Positions 9,486 through 19,767 of a stretch of 64,000 nt of DNA are shown piece after piece. Source of the DNA: Verrucomicrobiota bacterium (GTDB lineage Bacteria > Verrucomicrobiota > Verrucomicrobiia > Limisphaerales > AAA164-E04); contig CP170459.1 in the NCBI GenBank assembly GCA_047947115.1, positions 1,824,001 to 1,888,000 of the forward strand, in the 5' to 3' direction. The position numbers and the translations under genes are program-made. The notes beneath the pieces are model-generated. The model made no database searches. It was not told the DNA's origin and saw nothing but the letters and a program-made list of their open reading frames with translations. Position 1 is the stretch's first letter. Each line of letters starts with the position of its first letter.

Positions 9486-10591
9486 ATGAATCTCAGCAGT
9501 CGGAAGAGTTAAAGCCGAATCAGGTCGCTCAGTATATTGAGCCACCCGCCGATTCGGACACACTGAACCCCGAACCGGGACCGCTCTTCGAGTCCAATCC
9601 CATTCGATTGAAAGTCCTGCGCGAACTTAAAGGGAAATCCGTTCTCTCAGCGCGACAGTTTACCAGGGAGCAGGTCATCGAATTGGCCAAACTCGCGGCA
9701 TTTCTGGAGAAAGTGGAGATCGCTTCGTGTCACCCGCTGGATGGTAAAATGGCGATCACGGCCTTTTTTGAAGCGAGTACCCGAACGCGCATTTCTTTTG
9801 AAAGTGCCGTGTTGCGCCTGGACGGGAAAATCATCAGCATCCCTGAAGGGGGTACTACCGGGGCCAAAAAAGGCGAATCGCTTTCGGACATGGCCGAAAT
9901 GTTCAATGCTTATGGGGATATGGTCATCATGCGGCATACCGAAACCGATTCGGTGGATCAAATCATGCGTAATCTCCGAGTCCCGCTGATCAATGCCGGA
10001 AATGGAAGCGGAGAACACCCAACACAAGCTCTTGCGGATTGGTATGCTCTTTTGAAATGGCGACCCGATCTGATCGATACCCAACCCACCCGGGGAAAAT
10101 CCTTGAATCTCGGAATTCTCGGCACTCCGGGCAGCATGCGTGCGGTGAAAAGCTTTCTACTGATGTCACTTCTGTTCCAGGCCAATATCGGAAGGGTAAC
10201 TGTTATTTCTGAAATGGCCGATCCTTTCGGTGCAGATGTGATCGATGATCTTAAACAGGCTGGCATCAATTATGAAGTGACTCATGATATACAACAGCAC
10301 CTTGCCCAGTTGGACGTCATTTACATGAACAGTATCGCATTTTTAGGCGACAGTTATCGCAAACTCGATTCGCGTTATAAGTTGAACAGGAAAAGTGCGC
10401 TTAAAAAGGAGGCGGTCATTCTTCATCCGCTCGCACGTGCGGATGAGCTGGATCCGGATCTGGATGACACCCCTCACAATCTTTACTTTGCACAAGCTCA
10501 CGGCGCGGTCTTTATAAGGCAAGCCTTGCTGATTTCGATTTTTGGGCGACTCGATCGATTGCCCTCACAAATTCCATCGATCGAATCCTGA
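9479..10591 (+). CDS. Aspartate/ornithine carbamoyltransferase family protein with divergent acceptor site (PyrB-like paralog)
   Basis: FFEASTRTRISFE, KGES, MRH, NAGNG.GEHPTQAL, HPL.R present; ATCase YMTRxQxER loop replaced by YMNSIAFLG. Confidence 0.88.
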   Translation: MVDESQQSEELKPNQVAQYIEPPADSDTLNPEPGPLFESNPIRLKVLRELKGKSVLSARQFTREQVIELAKLAAFLEKVEIASCHPLDGKMAITAFFEASTRTRISFESAVLRLDGKIISIPEGGTTGAKKGESLSDMAEMFNAYGDMVIMRHTETDSVDQIMRNLRVPLINAGNGSGEHPTQALADWYALLKWRPDLIDTQPTRGKSLNLGILGTPGSMRAVKSFLLMSLLFQANIGRVTVISEMADPFGADVIDDLKQAGINYEVTHDIQQHLAQLDVIYMNSIAFLGDSYRKLDSRYKLNRKSALKKEAVILHPLARADELDPDLDDTPHNLYFAQAHGAVFIRQALLISIFGRLDRLPSQIPSIES

Positions 10592-10601
10592 TTCTGATAT
10601 T

Positions 10602-12560
10602 ATGTGTGGTATAGCGGGTATATTCTCAGGGCAAAGCCTTCCGGATGTCACCGGTGAGCATGTCGCCAACATGTTGAAAGTCATCCGGCATCGTGGACCG
10701 GATGGGGAACGCATGCACCTCGATATGAACAAGGGGGTTGCGATGGGGCATGCACGATTGTCGATCAACGATCTTCAAAACGGGCATCAACCATTGGTGT
10801 CCACCGACAAGAAGATGGTGCTGACGGTCAACGGCGAGTTCTACGATTTCAAGAAGTGCCGATCCATGGCCATGGCCGAAGGTTATCGATTCGCCACGCA
10901 TTCCGACAGCGAAATCGCCATGTTTCTTTACAGGAAACATGGACTCGATTTCATGAGTCGATTGCGGGGTGAGTTTGCTTTTACTTTGTTCGATGAAAAC
11001 AAAGATCAATTTCTCCTGGTGCGTGATCGGTGGGGAATCAGGCCTTTATTTTATACAATCGTCAAAGATACGCTTTATTACGCTTCCGAGGTCAAAGCCT
11101 TGCTCGCGCATCCCGAGGTCGAGGCGCGCCTATGTCCACAATCCGCTCTCAACCAACTCATGCAGACCATGGTGCCGGGGCGGACGGCATTCAAGGATGT
11201 GCATGCCCTTCATCCGGGACGCATGTTGGTGGTGACCCGCACGGGCGGACGTCTGCAGATCAATGAGCAGACTTACTGGGATGTCGATTTCCCAACCCAC
11301 GAAGAGGGTCATAGCAAGGCTGAACCGCGTGAATTGATCAGGCAAGTTCGTGAAAAGCTCGTGGAATCGATTGTCCTGCGATTGGAAGCGGATGTCCCCG
11401 TTGGATGCTATCTTTCGGGGGGAATTGACAGTTGTTCCATTCTGGGGTTGGCAACCGGAGCCATGCAAAGCGCAGTGAAGGCCTTTACCATCAGCTTTGA
11501 TGATGATAAGTTCGATGAATCCCACATCGCCCGTGAAATGGCCGTGAGCATGCAGGCCGATCAGGAAGTGATCCATCTCAAGGCGGATGATCTTTACGGT
11601 GATAACTTCATCCAAACCGTTTGGCATGCGGAACGTACTTTCTACAACACTCTTGGTGTGGCCAAAAACCTCATGAGCCGACGCGTGCATGAATGCGGAT
11701 ACAAAACCGTTATCACCGGTGAGGGTTCCGATGAATTGTTTGCCGGTTACCCTTCTTTCAAGCGGGACATGATCCTGCATGGACTGGATGATGAACCCGA
11801 AGAGGTCCGCCGGGAGTATCAAGCGCAAATGCGGCAGTCAAACAAGTTGTTCACGGGATCCATTCTCTCTGAAAATCCCGAAACACATCCAGCATTTGAA
11901 GCATTATGCGGATTCACTCCCTCATGGATTCAACCATGGATCGCCACTCTGCGTCATGCCCGGCCATTGATGCATCCTGATTTGAAGGAGCTGAAGTCCT
12001 ATGATCCCATCGCAGCCATCGCGGATCAAATCCGGCCAAATCGTGTGGAACATCGTCATGCCGTGGACAAGGCGCAATACACGTGGAGCAAGACACAATT
12101 GGAAGGGCAGATTTTAAGTTGGGGGGGGGATCGCGTCGATATGGCCAACAGCATGGAATCACGACCTGCATTCCTGGATCACCATTTGGCCGAAGTAGCA
12201 TTTACAATTCCACCACATTATCGCATTCGTAATAACATCGAGAAATGGGTGCTGCGTGAAGCGGTGCGAGGCGTGTTGCCCGAGGTGTTGTATCAGCGCG
12301 AGAAGTTTGCCTTCATGGCTCCGCCCGCTCACACGGATGAACACAAGGCGCGCAAGTTGAACGATCTGATCGAAACCTATCTGTCACCGGACAAGGTCAG
12401 CGACGCCGGGCTTTTCGAATGCTCGAAGGTTGCCCAGTTCCTGACTGATTATCGCGCCGATAAAGATCCTGTTTCTCTTACAAGAAAGGATACCTTGATC
12501 AATCACTTGCTGTGTCTGCAAATCATGCACCACCTCTTTGTTAAAGGTCATGGATTCTAA
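10602..12560 (+). CDS. asnB: Asparagine synthetase B-type glutamine amidotransferase
   Basis: MCGIAG (Ntn Cys2), HRGPDG, NGEFY, SGGIDS PP-loop, TGEGSDELFAGY, DRVDMANSMESR. Confidence 0.92.
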   Translation: MCGIAGIFSGQSLPDVTGEHVANMLKVIRHRGPDGERMHLDMNKGVAMGHARLSINDLQNGHQPLVSTDKKMVLTVNGEFYDFKKCRSMAMAEGYRFATHSDSEIAMFLYRKHGLDFMSRLRGEFAFTLFDENKDQFLLVRDRWGIRPLFYTIVKDTLYYASEVKALLAHPEVEARLCPQSALNQLMQTMVPGRTAFKDVHALHPGRMLVVTRTGGRLQINEQTYWDVDFPTHEEGHSKAEPRELIRQVREKLVESIVLRLEADVPVGCYLSGGIDSCSILGLATGAMQSAVKAFTISFDDDKFDESHIAREMAVSMQADQEVIHLKADDLYGDNFIQTVWHAERTFYNTLGVAKNLMSRRVHECGYKTVITGEGSDELFAGYPSFKRDMILHGLDDEPEEVRREYQAQMRQSNKLFTGSILSENPETHPAFEALCGFTPSWIQPWIATLRHARPLMHPDLKELKSYDPIAAIADQIRPNRVEHRHAVDKAQYTWSKTQLEGQILSWGGDRVDMANSMESRPAFLDHHLAEVAFTIPPHYRIRNNIEKWVLREAVRGVLPEVLYQREKFAFMAPPAHTDEHKARKLNDLIETYLSPDKVSDAGLFECSKVAQFLTDYRADKDPVSLTRKDTLINHLLCLQIMHHLFVKGHGF

Positions 12561-13833
12561 AGATTCTCCACGCCATAATTCACCGCTTCCCGAAGGGATA
12601 AAAGTGGATTTGGAACGTATCAAACGTCACGTCCTGGCCCTGGCTGACATCGGCAAAAACACCCAGGATCACGGCGTCTACCGGATGGCGTTTTCCGATG
12701 CCGACATGGAGGCCAAGCGTTGGTTGTTGGAACAAATTGACGCCGCAGGGTTGGAATCCCGTTCCGATGGCGCCGCCAACATCTTTGGTGTGCTCAAGTC
12801 CGGCAACGATCTGCCGAGCTTGTTGGTTGGATCGCACATTGATACTGTTCCTTGTGCCGGAACCTTGGATGGATCGCTGGGTGTGGTGGTGGGTTTGGAA
12901 TGCCTGCGAGTCATGCATGATACGGGACTCGCCATTGAGCGAGATGTGGAACTGGTCGCGTTCAGCGACGAGGAGGGTCGCTTCGGAGGTATGCTGGGGT
13001 CCGAATCGTTTTGTGGATTGACCACACCCCAGACCGTTCAATCGGCCGTTGATTCCAATGGCGTTTCCTTGAAAGACGCCATGTTGCGACAAGGTCTGGA
13101 TCCCATGAAGATCCTGGAGGCACATCGCGATCCGAAGTCGGTGAGTCGGTACATTGAACTGCACATTGAGCAGGGGCCGGTGCTTGATCGTAAACAATTG
13201 CAAATCGGCATTGTTGATGAAATTACCGGACTCTTCCGTTGGAACATGCGGATTCAGGGCGAATCAAATCACGCCGGGACGACCCCGATGGACATGAGAC
13301 GCGATGCCTTCATGGGGTTGGCTGATTTTGCCCACGAGATACCTCGTGTTCTTGAAGAGATTGGTTCAGAACGAAGCCGTGCCACGATTGGGACTGCAGA
13401 GATTCTGCCTGGTGCGGCCAATACGGTTCCAGGGACCGTTGAGTTCACGCTTGATGTGAGGGATACCAGTGAGGAGATTTTGTCTGCATTGAAAGACGCG
13501 TTGCGTCGTGCCCTTTCCGTCATTTGCCGTCGCCGTTCCCTGACGTTTGATTTTGAAGAACCCAGTTTTATTCATCCGGTGAAGTGTGATGGAGACATCG
13601 TTGGTTTGATCGAGCAACATTCCCGGTCGTTGGACTATTCCTATCTGATCATGCCCAGCGGAGCGGCGCACGATGCCCAGATCATGGGGAGACTTTGGCC
13701 AGTGGGGATGATCTTTGTGCCGAGTCGTGGTGGGGTGAGTCATTCGCCTGCCGAATGGAGCCCGTGGACGGATATCGAAGCTGGCGCAAATGTTTTACTC
13801 AAAACCTTGGTATCACTGGCTCAGTCTGCTTAG
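12550..13833 (+). CDS. M20 Zn-dependent N-carbamoyl-L-amino-acid amidohydrolase (allantoate amidohydrolase / beta-ureidopropionase family)
   Basis: GSHIDTV, LDG.LGV, DEEGRFG, ELHIEQGPVL, NHAGTTPM, SGAAHDAQ, GVSHSPAE. Confidence 0.92.
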   Translation: MDSKDSPRHNSPLPEGIKVDLERIKRHVLALADIGKNTQDHGVYRMAFSDADMEAKRWLLEQIDAAGLESRSDGAANIFGVLKSGNDLPSLLVGSHIDTVPCAGTLDGSLGVVVGLECLRVMHDTGLAIERDVELVAFSDEEGRFGGMLGSESFCGLTTPQTVQSAVDSNGVSLKDAMLRQGLDPMKILEAHRDPKSVSRYIELHIEQGPVLDRKQLQIGIVDEITGLFRWNMRIQGESNHAGTTPMDMRRDAFMGLADFAHEIPRVLEEIGSERSRATIGTAEILPGAANTVPGTVEFTLDVRDTSEEILSALKDALRRALSVICRRRSLTFDFEEPSFIHPVKCDGDIVGLIEQHSRSLDYSYLIMPSGAAHDAQIMGRLWPVGMIFVPSRGGVSHSPAEWSPWTDIEAGANVLLKTLVSLAQSA

Positions 13834-13846
13834 TTTTCTCAATAAA

Positions 13847-14587
13847 ATGAATCAATCAACAACCCCTGAGCGACAGGATCCGCTGCGCGATACATACCGA
13901 GAAGGATTTGTCACCAACCCGGCACATTACGAATTCCTGCTTCAGAAGGATGTGGCTCTCCTTTGTATTGATATGCAGTACCTTGACGCCGCAGAAGGAT
14001 ACGGAGTGTTCAAGGAACCTGAAGACGGGAGCGCGCATCCCATTCCGGCCGAAGCCAAACGGTACTATTTCGACTCGCTGAACAAACGTGTGATTCCCAA
14101 CATGCATGTGCTACAGAATTGTTTTCGCTCCCACAAGCTGGAAGTCATACACACACGCATCCAATCCCTCACCCAGAACGGTCGTGATCGGGGTAAAGGG
14201 CACAAACGACTCAAACTGCTTGCCCGGCCCGGATCTGCTGAAGCTTGTTTTCTGGAAGAAGTGGCGCCCATGGGAGACGAAATCGTGATCAACAAAACGG
14301 CCAGCGGGGTGTTTTCATCCACCAATATTCATTACGTTCTCAAAAACATAGGCATCCAGTCACTTTATGTGTGTGGTGTTTACACAAATGAGTGTGTGGA
14401 AACGACCGTTCGAGATGCCTGCGATCTGGGTTATCTGGTGACCATGGTGGAGGATGCCTGTACCACCGTGACGCAGGAACTTCAGGACGCCAGTATCAAA
14501 ACGCTTAAAGACCGTTATGCACGTATCCTGAAAACCCAGGAAGTCATCGACGAAATCCATCAACTCGTCGGAGACCGGTTTCCATGA
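13847..14587 (+). CDS. Isochorismatase-family cysteine hydrolase (amidase)
   Basis: Asp-Lys-Cys triad IDMQ / INKT / TNECVETTVRDACDLGY. Confidence 0.9.
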   Translation: MNQSTTPERQDPLRDTYREGFVTNPAHYEFLLQKDVALLCIDMQYLDAAEGYGVFKEPEDGSAHPIPAEAKRYYFDSLNKRVIPNMHVLQNCFRSHKLEVIHTRIQSLTQNGRDRGKGHKRLKLLARPGSAEACFLEEVAPMGDEIVINKTASGVFSSTNIHYVLKNIGIQSLYVCGVYTNECVETTVRDACDLGYLVTMVEDACTTVTQELQDASIKTLKDRYARILKTQEVIDEIHQLVGDRFP

Positions 14588-14631
14588 ATGGGGTCTTCGG
14601 GATGAAGAGATTTTGCTGTACGGTAGCTGTT

Positions 14632-14873
14632 CACCTTCTGGCGAAGGGGCTACTTCAGGTGGAACGTGACGTCCCGCCGCGTCCCTTGTGGTGTTCTAAT
14701 TTCTTTTGCTGCCCGTTTTGGGAGGCCCAGAAATGATCGATGCCCCATCGTCCTATTAGACTCACCCCGGACAGATCGAGATCAAGAAGTCGTATGGGGT
14801 TAATGTGCGCCGATCCACCTTCTGGCGAAGGCTGCTACTTGATCGTGGTGTAGCCGCGCTTGCCAAAGCGTGG
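14632..14873. repeat. Cluster of short REP-like palindromes
   Basis: CACCTTCTGGCGAAGG(G/CT)GCTAC at 14632-14653 and 14816-14838; GTAGCCGCGCTTGCCAAAGCGTGG at 14850-14873; GTAG-ended hairpins. Confidence 0.7.
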
Positions 14874-14916
14874 CAGCTTCCCTCAGAATGAGTTCGTTCC
14901 ATTCATAGGCTGATTG

Positions 14917-16290
14917 ATGTTCGATATCGTGAAAAAACAACAAACAAACTGGGTGTCCAGTGTTCTTGCTATATGGGTGTTTTATCTGTCAGGAATCGTT
15001 GCATGCACCGCAGATACCCGCCCCAACGTGGTCTTGATCATCAGTGATGATCAGGCTTGGTCCGATTATGGGTTCATGGGGCATGAGGTGCTCGTCACGC
15101 CTCATCTGGATCGATTGGCCGCTCGCAGTTTGGTGTTTGAGCATGGGTATGTGGCGGCACCTCTGTGCCGTCCTTCTCTGGCTACGATGATCACCGGGAG
15201 GTTCCCGCAGCATCATGGCGTGGTGGGCAACGATGTGGATGGCATGAATCAACGCGCTGCTTTGGACGTTCCATTGCGTGAAGCGTTTCATCGACACCCC
15301 AGTTTGGTTCGGCTTCTGAGTGATAGCGGTTATCTGACACATCAATCCGGCAAGTGGTGGGAAGGTTCGTGGCAGGATGGTGGTTTCACGCATGGCATGA
15401 CACATGGTGATCCCAAGCGAGGTGGGCGTCACGGAGATGAAGGGCTCAAGATTGGTCGTGAAGGCATGCAACCGGTGACGGATTTCATCGATCAAGCCGT
15501 ATCGGAGCAGAAGCCGTTTTTCATCTGGTATGCGCCGTTCCTGCCTCACACGCCTCACAATCCACCAAAGCGGTTATTGAGCAAGTATACCGGCCGTGGG
15601 TTGGCTTTGGACATTGCGAGTTACTACGCCATGTGCGAATGGTTCGACGAAACTTGTGGCGCGGTGCTGAATCATATCGACCACAAGGGTCAACGCGAAA
15701 ACACAATCGTTATCTACATCGCCGACAATGGGTGGGCGGCGACCAGCACCAACGCCGAGGATCCGAATCAGGATCAATGGAAAGGGTACGCGCTGCGATC
15801 CAAAGGTTCTCCCTACGAGATGGGGATCCGAACACCGATCCTTGTTTCCTGGCCAACAAAGGTTGTGCCGGACCGTGTGGATCATTTCGCGCATGCGATC
15901 GATTTGTTCCCCACCATCGCCCAAGCGACCGGCATCGACGCCCCGGACGATCTTCCTGGTGTCAACCTGATGGACCCTGTTGCCAGGTCCGGTCGGGAAC
16001 GCGTTTTCGGTGTGACACATTCCATTCATAATCTCACCGTGGGGAATCCCGACGATACCCTTCAATACCTCTGGTGTGTCGAAGGTGACTGGAAACTGAT
16101 TCTGCGATACTCTGGCGAAGATACCACTCGTTACCGCAATGTGCACCTTTGGGACAAAGTGCCATTGCGGCTTTACAACCTGAAGAATGACCCTCACGAG
16201 ACGACCGACCTTGCTTTGCAACACCCCGAGAGAAGCGATCGTTTGCGCCGTGTAATCGAAGCTTGGTATTCGGTCAGCAAGGAGCACTGA
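14917..16290 (+). CDS. Formylglycine-dependent sulfatase (S1)
   Basis: PNVVLIISDD, LCRPSL..MITG, GKWW, PHTPH, DNG, KG..YE.G.RTP, LYNLKNDPHE. Confidence 0.9.
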   Translation: MFDIVKKQQTNWVSSVLAIWVFYLSGIVACTADTRPNVVLIISDDQAWSDYGFMGHEVLVTPHLDRLAARSLVFEHGYVAAPLCRPSLATMITGRFPQHHGVVGNDVDGMNQRAALDVPLREAFHRHPSLVRLLSDSGYLTHQSGKWWEGSWQDGGFTHGMTHGDPKRGGRHGDEGLKIGREGMQPVTDFIDQAVSEQKPFFIWYAPFLPHTPHNPPKRLLSKYTGRGLALDIASYYAMCEWFDETCGAVLNHIDHKGQRENTIVIYIADNGWAATSTNAEDPNQDQWKGYALRSKGSPYEMGIRTPILVSWPTKVVPDRVDHFAHAIDLFPTIAQATGIDAPDDLPGVNLMDPVARSGRERVFGVTHSIHNLTVGNPDDTLQYLWCVEGDWKLILRYSGEDTTRYRNVHLWDKVPLRLYNLKNDPHETTDLALQHPERSDRLRRVIEAWYSVSKEH

Positions 16291-16302
16291 TCGGTGTCGA
16301 AC

Positions 16303-16346
16303 ATTCTGGCGAAGGCGCCTGCGTAGCTGCGCTTGCGAAAGCGTGG
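16303..16346. repeat. Degenerate REP-like pair between convergent genes
   Basis: ATTCTGGCGAAGG...GTAGCTGCGCTTGCGAAAGCGTGG, matches the units at 14816-14873. Confidence 0.6.
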
Positions 16347-16358
16347 TGATGTTTGTGT

Positions 16359-17354
16359 TTATCCTCGGCTGAGATTCACAGCAAGGTGGATGGCGCTGTA
16401 GAGGCTGCTTGGGTTGGCCTTGCCTTGCCAGGCGATGTCCAGTGCGGTGCCGTGGTCGACACTGGTTCGGATGATGGGCAAGCCGAGAGTTGTGTTGACC
16501 GCGTTGTCGAAGGCAAGTGCTTTGACCGGGATATGGCCCTGATCGTGATACATGCAGACGAAGACATCGGTTGACTCACGTTTCCAGGGCAGGAAGGCGG
16601 TGTCGGGTGGGAGCGGGCCTTCCACGTCGATCCCTTTTTCGCGTGCTGATTCAATGGCTGGTATAATGATGTTCTCTTCTTCTCGATTGCCAAACAATCC
16701 GTGCTCCCCGGCATGTGGGTTGAGACCACAAACGACCACTTTGGCTTTTCGTTTGCGAATGCGTTCGAGGTTTTCGGCAGAGAGTTCGATGACTTCCAGA
16801 ATGCGTTCTTTTGTCAGTAAACCCGGGACTTCGGCGTAGCCGACATGTACCGTGACAAAAGTGCATGTGATTTCCTTCGAATATTGCATCATGCACCATC
16901 GGTCCGATCCGGCTCTGGCGGCAAACATTTCGGTATGGCCGGGGAAGGGGATCTTTGCCTGATGGAGCGCCTCTTTGTTAATAGGCGCCGTGGTGACAGC
17001 TGCAACCTTGCCAGCAAGGGCTGCATCAATGGCTTTCTGGATGTAATCGAAACTGGCCTTGCCGGTGTTGGCGCTGACGGTTCCCGGTTGGAAGTTTAAG
17101 TGATCCAATGAAGGGACTTGGACAATGGAGGGTAAGTCAGGTTGATTCCCCGATGACGCATCTTCCAAGGAAAGGATGGCCACGTCCCTGGGGAGGTCGA
17201 GCTTTTCGGCGCATTGTCGCAGGACCTCAACATCTCCGAAAATCACCGGAATGCAACTTTCAAGCACGCCGGGTTCCCTCAAAGCTCGCAAGCAGATCTC
17301 CGGCCCAACCCCGGCCGGATCTCCCATGGTAATGGCGATAACAGGTTTATTCAT
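16359..17354 (-). CDS. pdxA: 4-hydroxythreonine-4-phosphate dehydrogenase (PdxA / PdxA2 family)
   Basis: TMGDPAGVGPE, GHTE, GLNPHAGE, MYHDQGHIP, RTSVDHGTA. Confidence 0.93.
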   Translation of the reverse strand: MNKPVIAITMGDPAGVGPEICLRALREPGVLESCIPVIFGDVEVLRQCAEKLDLPRDVAILSLEDASSGNQPDLPSIVQVPSLDHLNFQPGTVSANTGKASFDYIQKAIDAALAGKVAAVTTAPINKEALHQAKIPFPGHTEMFAARAGSDRWCMMQYSKEITCTFVTVHVGYAEVPGLLTKERILEVIELSAENLERIRKRKAKVVVCGLNPHAGEHGLFGNREEENIIIPAIESAREKGIDVEGPLPPDTAFLPWKRESTDVFVCMYHDQGHIPVKALAFDNAVNTTLGLPIIRTSVDHGTALDIAWQGKANPSSLYSAIHLAVNLSRG

Positions 17355-17583
17355 TTTTCGCGCTCCAAACTAAGACGCGCCCATATGAATTGCCAATGTG
17401 AATTTCAGAATTAAAACGACAGATTCCATCTCAGTAGTCAGAAAAGCTTTCAAAGGGAAATCCTGTCATTCCAGTAAATCCTGTCTATAAATCATTTCAG
17501 TCCAAACTCTCGAAAGGATAGCTCATTGACGAATCAGAAGGTGTTGCGAATAATCGGTGGGAGTGAAAAAGACGGATTGAGGA

Positions 17584-19767
17584 GTGGATTTTGATTTTAT
17601 GCTGGACAAGCTTCTACAAGCACTGAAGACGAATCGGGGGCTAGGCGAAATGCACGCTGGCGCAGTAAATGGCGGAGTAAACGTCATGGCTGCCGATACC
17701 GAAAACCTCCCAGGTAACCGTGCCATTGTCGAAACTCCTTTTTCACTACTTCGCTCGGTGCAGCAGTTCCTGCTTTTCTGGGGGATGTTATGGTGCATTT
17801 TTTATTTAGGAGCGGTTCATGGCGAAACGATTGATGGGCCTACCCATTGGTCTCTGGTTCCAATACGGGATGTTTCTTTGTTCAAGGTGGATGATCATGA
17901 GTGGAATGAACATCCTATCGATCGCCTGGTTTATCGACAACTGGATCAACGCCATTTGCAGCCTTCTCCTGAAGCGGACGCCCGGACTTTGATACGTCGA
18001 TTGAGTTTCGATCTGACCGGTTTGCCGCCTTCACTCGAGGAGGTGGACTTGTTTCTAGATGATGCTTGCGGTGGAGTCTACGAACGCCTGGTTGAGCGTC
18101 TGTTGGAGAGCCCTCACTATGGGGAGCACATGGCCCGCTATTGGCTGGATCTGGTGCGGTATGCCGATACGCACGGGTTGCACGCGGACGATTACAGGGA
18201 GATGTTCAAATACAGGGATTGGCTGATCGATGCTTTCAATCGTAATCAATCTTTCGACTCTTTCATTTTGGAACAAGTTGCGGGAGATTTATTGCCTGAC
18301 CCAAGCAATGATCAATTGGTCGCCAGTGGATTCAACCGCCTGCATTTGTCCAATAGCGCCGGGTCCGCCCTGGAGGAGGAATTGTATTATAATAATGTGG
18401 TCGATCGGGTGAATGCTGTCGGGACCGTTTTCCTGGGTCTTACCTTGGGTTGCGCTCAGTGCCACGATCATAAGTCCGATCCGATCACCATGCGCGAGTA
18501 TTACCAGATCTTTGCCTTCTTCAACAACCTCGACGGACTCTCCCACACGCAACGCAAGAAGAGTCCGCCTCCGTTCCTGAGTTTTCCTTCAAACGAGCAA
18601 TCGGTTTTGATGTCGGAATTAAAAGCAAAGTTGGATGCGAATTCGGCGGATAAAGATGAGGTGGATAAACTGAAGAAGGAATTGGCATCCCTCGAAAGAG
18701 CGATCCCGACCACCATGATCATGCGCGAGCGGTCCGAGATGAGACCCGCCCATATTTATCGACGCGGGCTCTACGATCAAGCAGGAGTCGAAGTTCAACG
18801 TTGCACTCCACAGGCGTTGCCTCCGATGAAACCGGATCATCCCCTCAATCGCCTGGGTTTTGGCCAATGGTTGATCGATCGCGATCACCCACTGACCGCT
18901 CGGGTGGCCGTGAATCGATTCTGGCAACAGTTGTTCGGTGTGGGGTTGGTCAAGACCTCCGAGGATTTTGGTGTATTGGGGAGTGCTCCATCTCACCCCG
19001 AATTGCTGGATCATCTGGCTCATCGTTTTGTTGAGTCGGGTTGGGACGTCAAAGCACTGCTCAAATACATCGTGACCAGTCGTACCTATCGTCAAACTTC
19101 CAACGCCAGTGAAGAGGTCTACCGGCAGGATCCGGAGAATCGTTGGTTGAGCCGTGGATCGCGCTTCCGTCTGGATGCGGAAATGTTGCGTGACCAAGCC
19201 CTTGCCGTTTCCGGTTTGCTGGACCGGACTTTGTTCGGGCGAAGCGTCAAGCCACCTCAACCCGATGGGCTTTGGAAATCGGTGGCGTTGGCCGTTTCCA
19301 ACACGCGGGTTTATGAGCCCGATCAAGGAGCGGACATTTACCGGCGCAGCATTTACACCTTTTGGAAACGATCCATTCCGCACCCCGTCATGACCATTTT
19401 TGATGCGCCCACGCGCGAAGTGTGCACCGCTCGTCGCGAACGCACCAATACGCCATTGCAAGCGTTGGTTCTGATGAACGAACCTCAATTTGTTGAATGT
19501 GCCGTCACCCTTGCTAAAAGAACCCTTATTGAAGGAGGGACGACTGATATGGATCGGATGCGTTACGTGTGGGAGATAACGACCAGCCGGACCATTGATG
19601 CGGATGAAATGGAGATGATGCTCAATGGGCTGCGCTTCTTTCGTGATGCATACGCCGAACGATCATCCATTCCATTCGGGGATACGGAACTCAATCAGGA
19701 AGAAGCCGCCTGGACGATGGTGGTGCACACACTTTTGAATCTGGACATTGTGAAAACGCGACCATGA
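17584..19767 (+). CDS. DUF1549/DUF1553 (PSD1) domain protein; true start probably downstream (near 17785)
   Basis: [64 protein letters not shown]. Confidence 0.9.
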   Translation: MDFDFMLDKLLQALKTNRGLGEMHAGAVNGGVNVMAADTENLPGNRAIVETPFSLLRSVQQFLLFWGMLWCIFYLGAVHGETIDGPTHWSLVPIRDVSLFKVDDHEWNEHPIDRLVYRQLDQRHLQPSPEADARTLIRRLSFDLTGLPPSLEEVDLFLDDACGGVYERLVERLLESPHYGEHMARYWLDLVRYADTHGLHADDYREMFKYRDWLIDAFNRNQSFDSFILEQVAGDLLPDPSNDQLVASGFNRLHLSNSAGSALEEELYYNNVVDRVNAVGTVFLGLTLGCAQCHDHKSDPITMREYYQIFAFFNNLDGLSHTQRKKSPPPFLSFPSNEQSVLMSELKAKLDANSADKDEVDKLKKELASLERAIPTTMIMRERSEMRPAHIYRRGLYDQAGVEVQRCTPQALPPMKPDHPLNRLGFGQWLIDRDHPLTARVAVNRFWQQLFGVGLVKTSEDFGVLGSAPSHPELLDHLAHRFVESGWDVKALLKYIVTSRTYRQTSNASEEVYRQDPENRWLSRGSRFRLDAEMLRDQALAVSGLLDRTLFGRSVKPPQPDGLWKSVALAVSNTRVYEPDQGADIYRRSIYTFWKRSIPHPVMTIFDAPTREVCTARRERTNTPLQALVLMNEPQFVECAVTLAKRTLIEGGTTDMDRMRYVWEITTSRTIDADEMEMMLNGLRFFRDAYAERSSIPFGDTELNQEEAAWTMVVHTLLNLDIVKTRP

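Noticed and set aside
14632..14873. Repeats as a CRISPR array
   Set aside because: Few units, irregular spacing, no cas genes; better explained as REP-like palindromes
17458..17488. AAATCCTGTC doublet
   Set aside because: Only two short copies; insufficient evidence for a defined element
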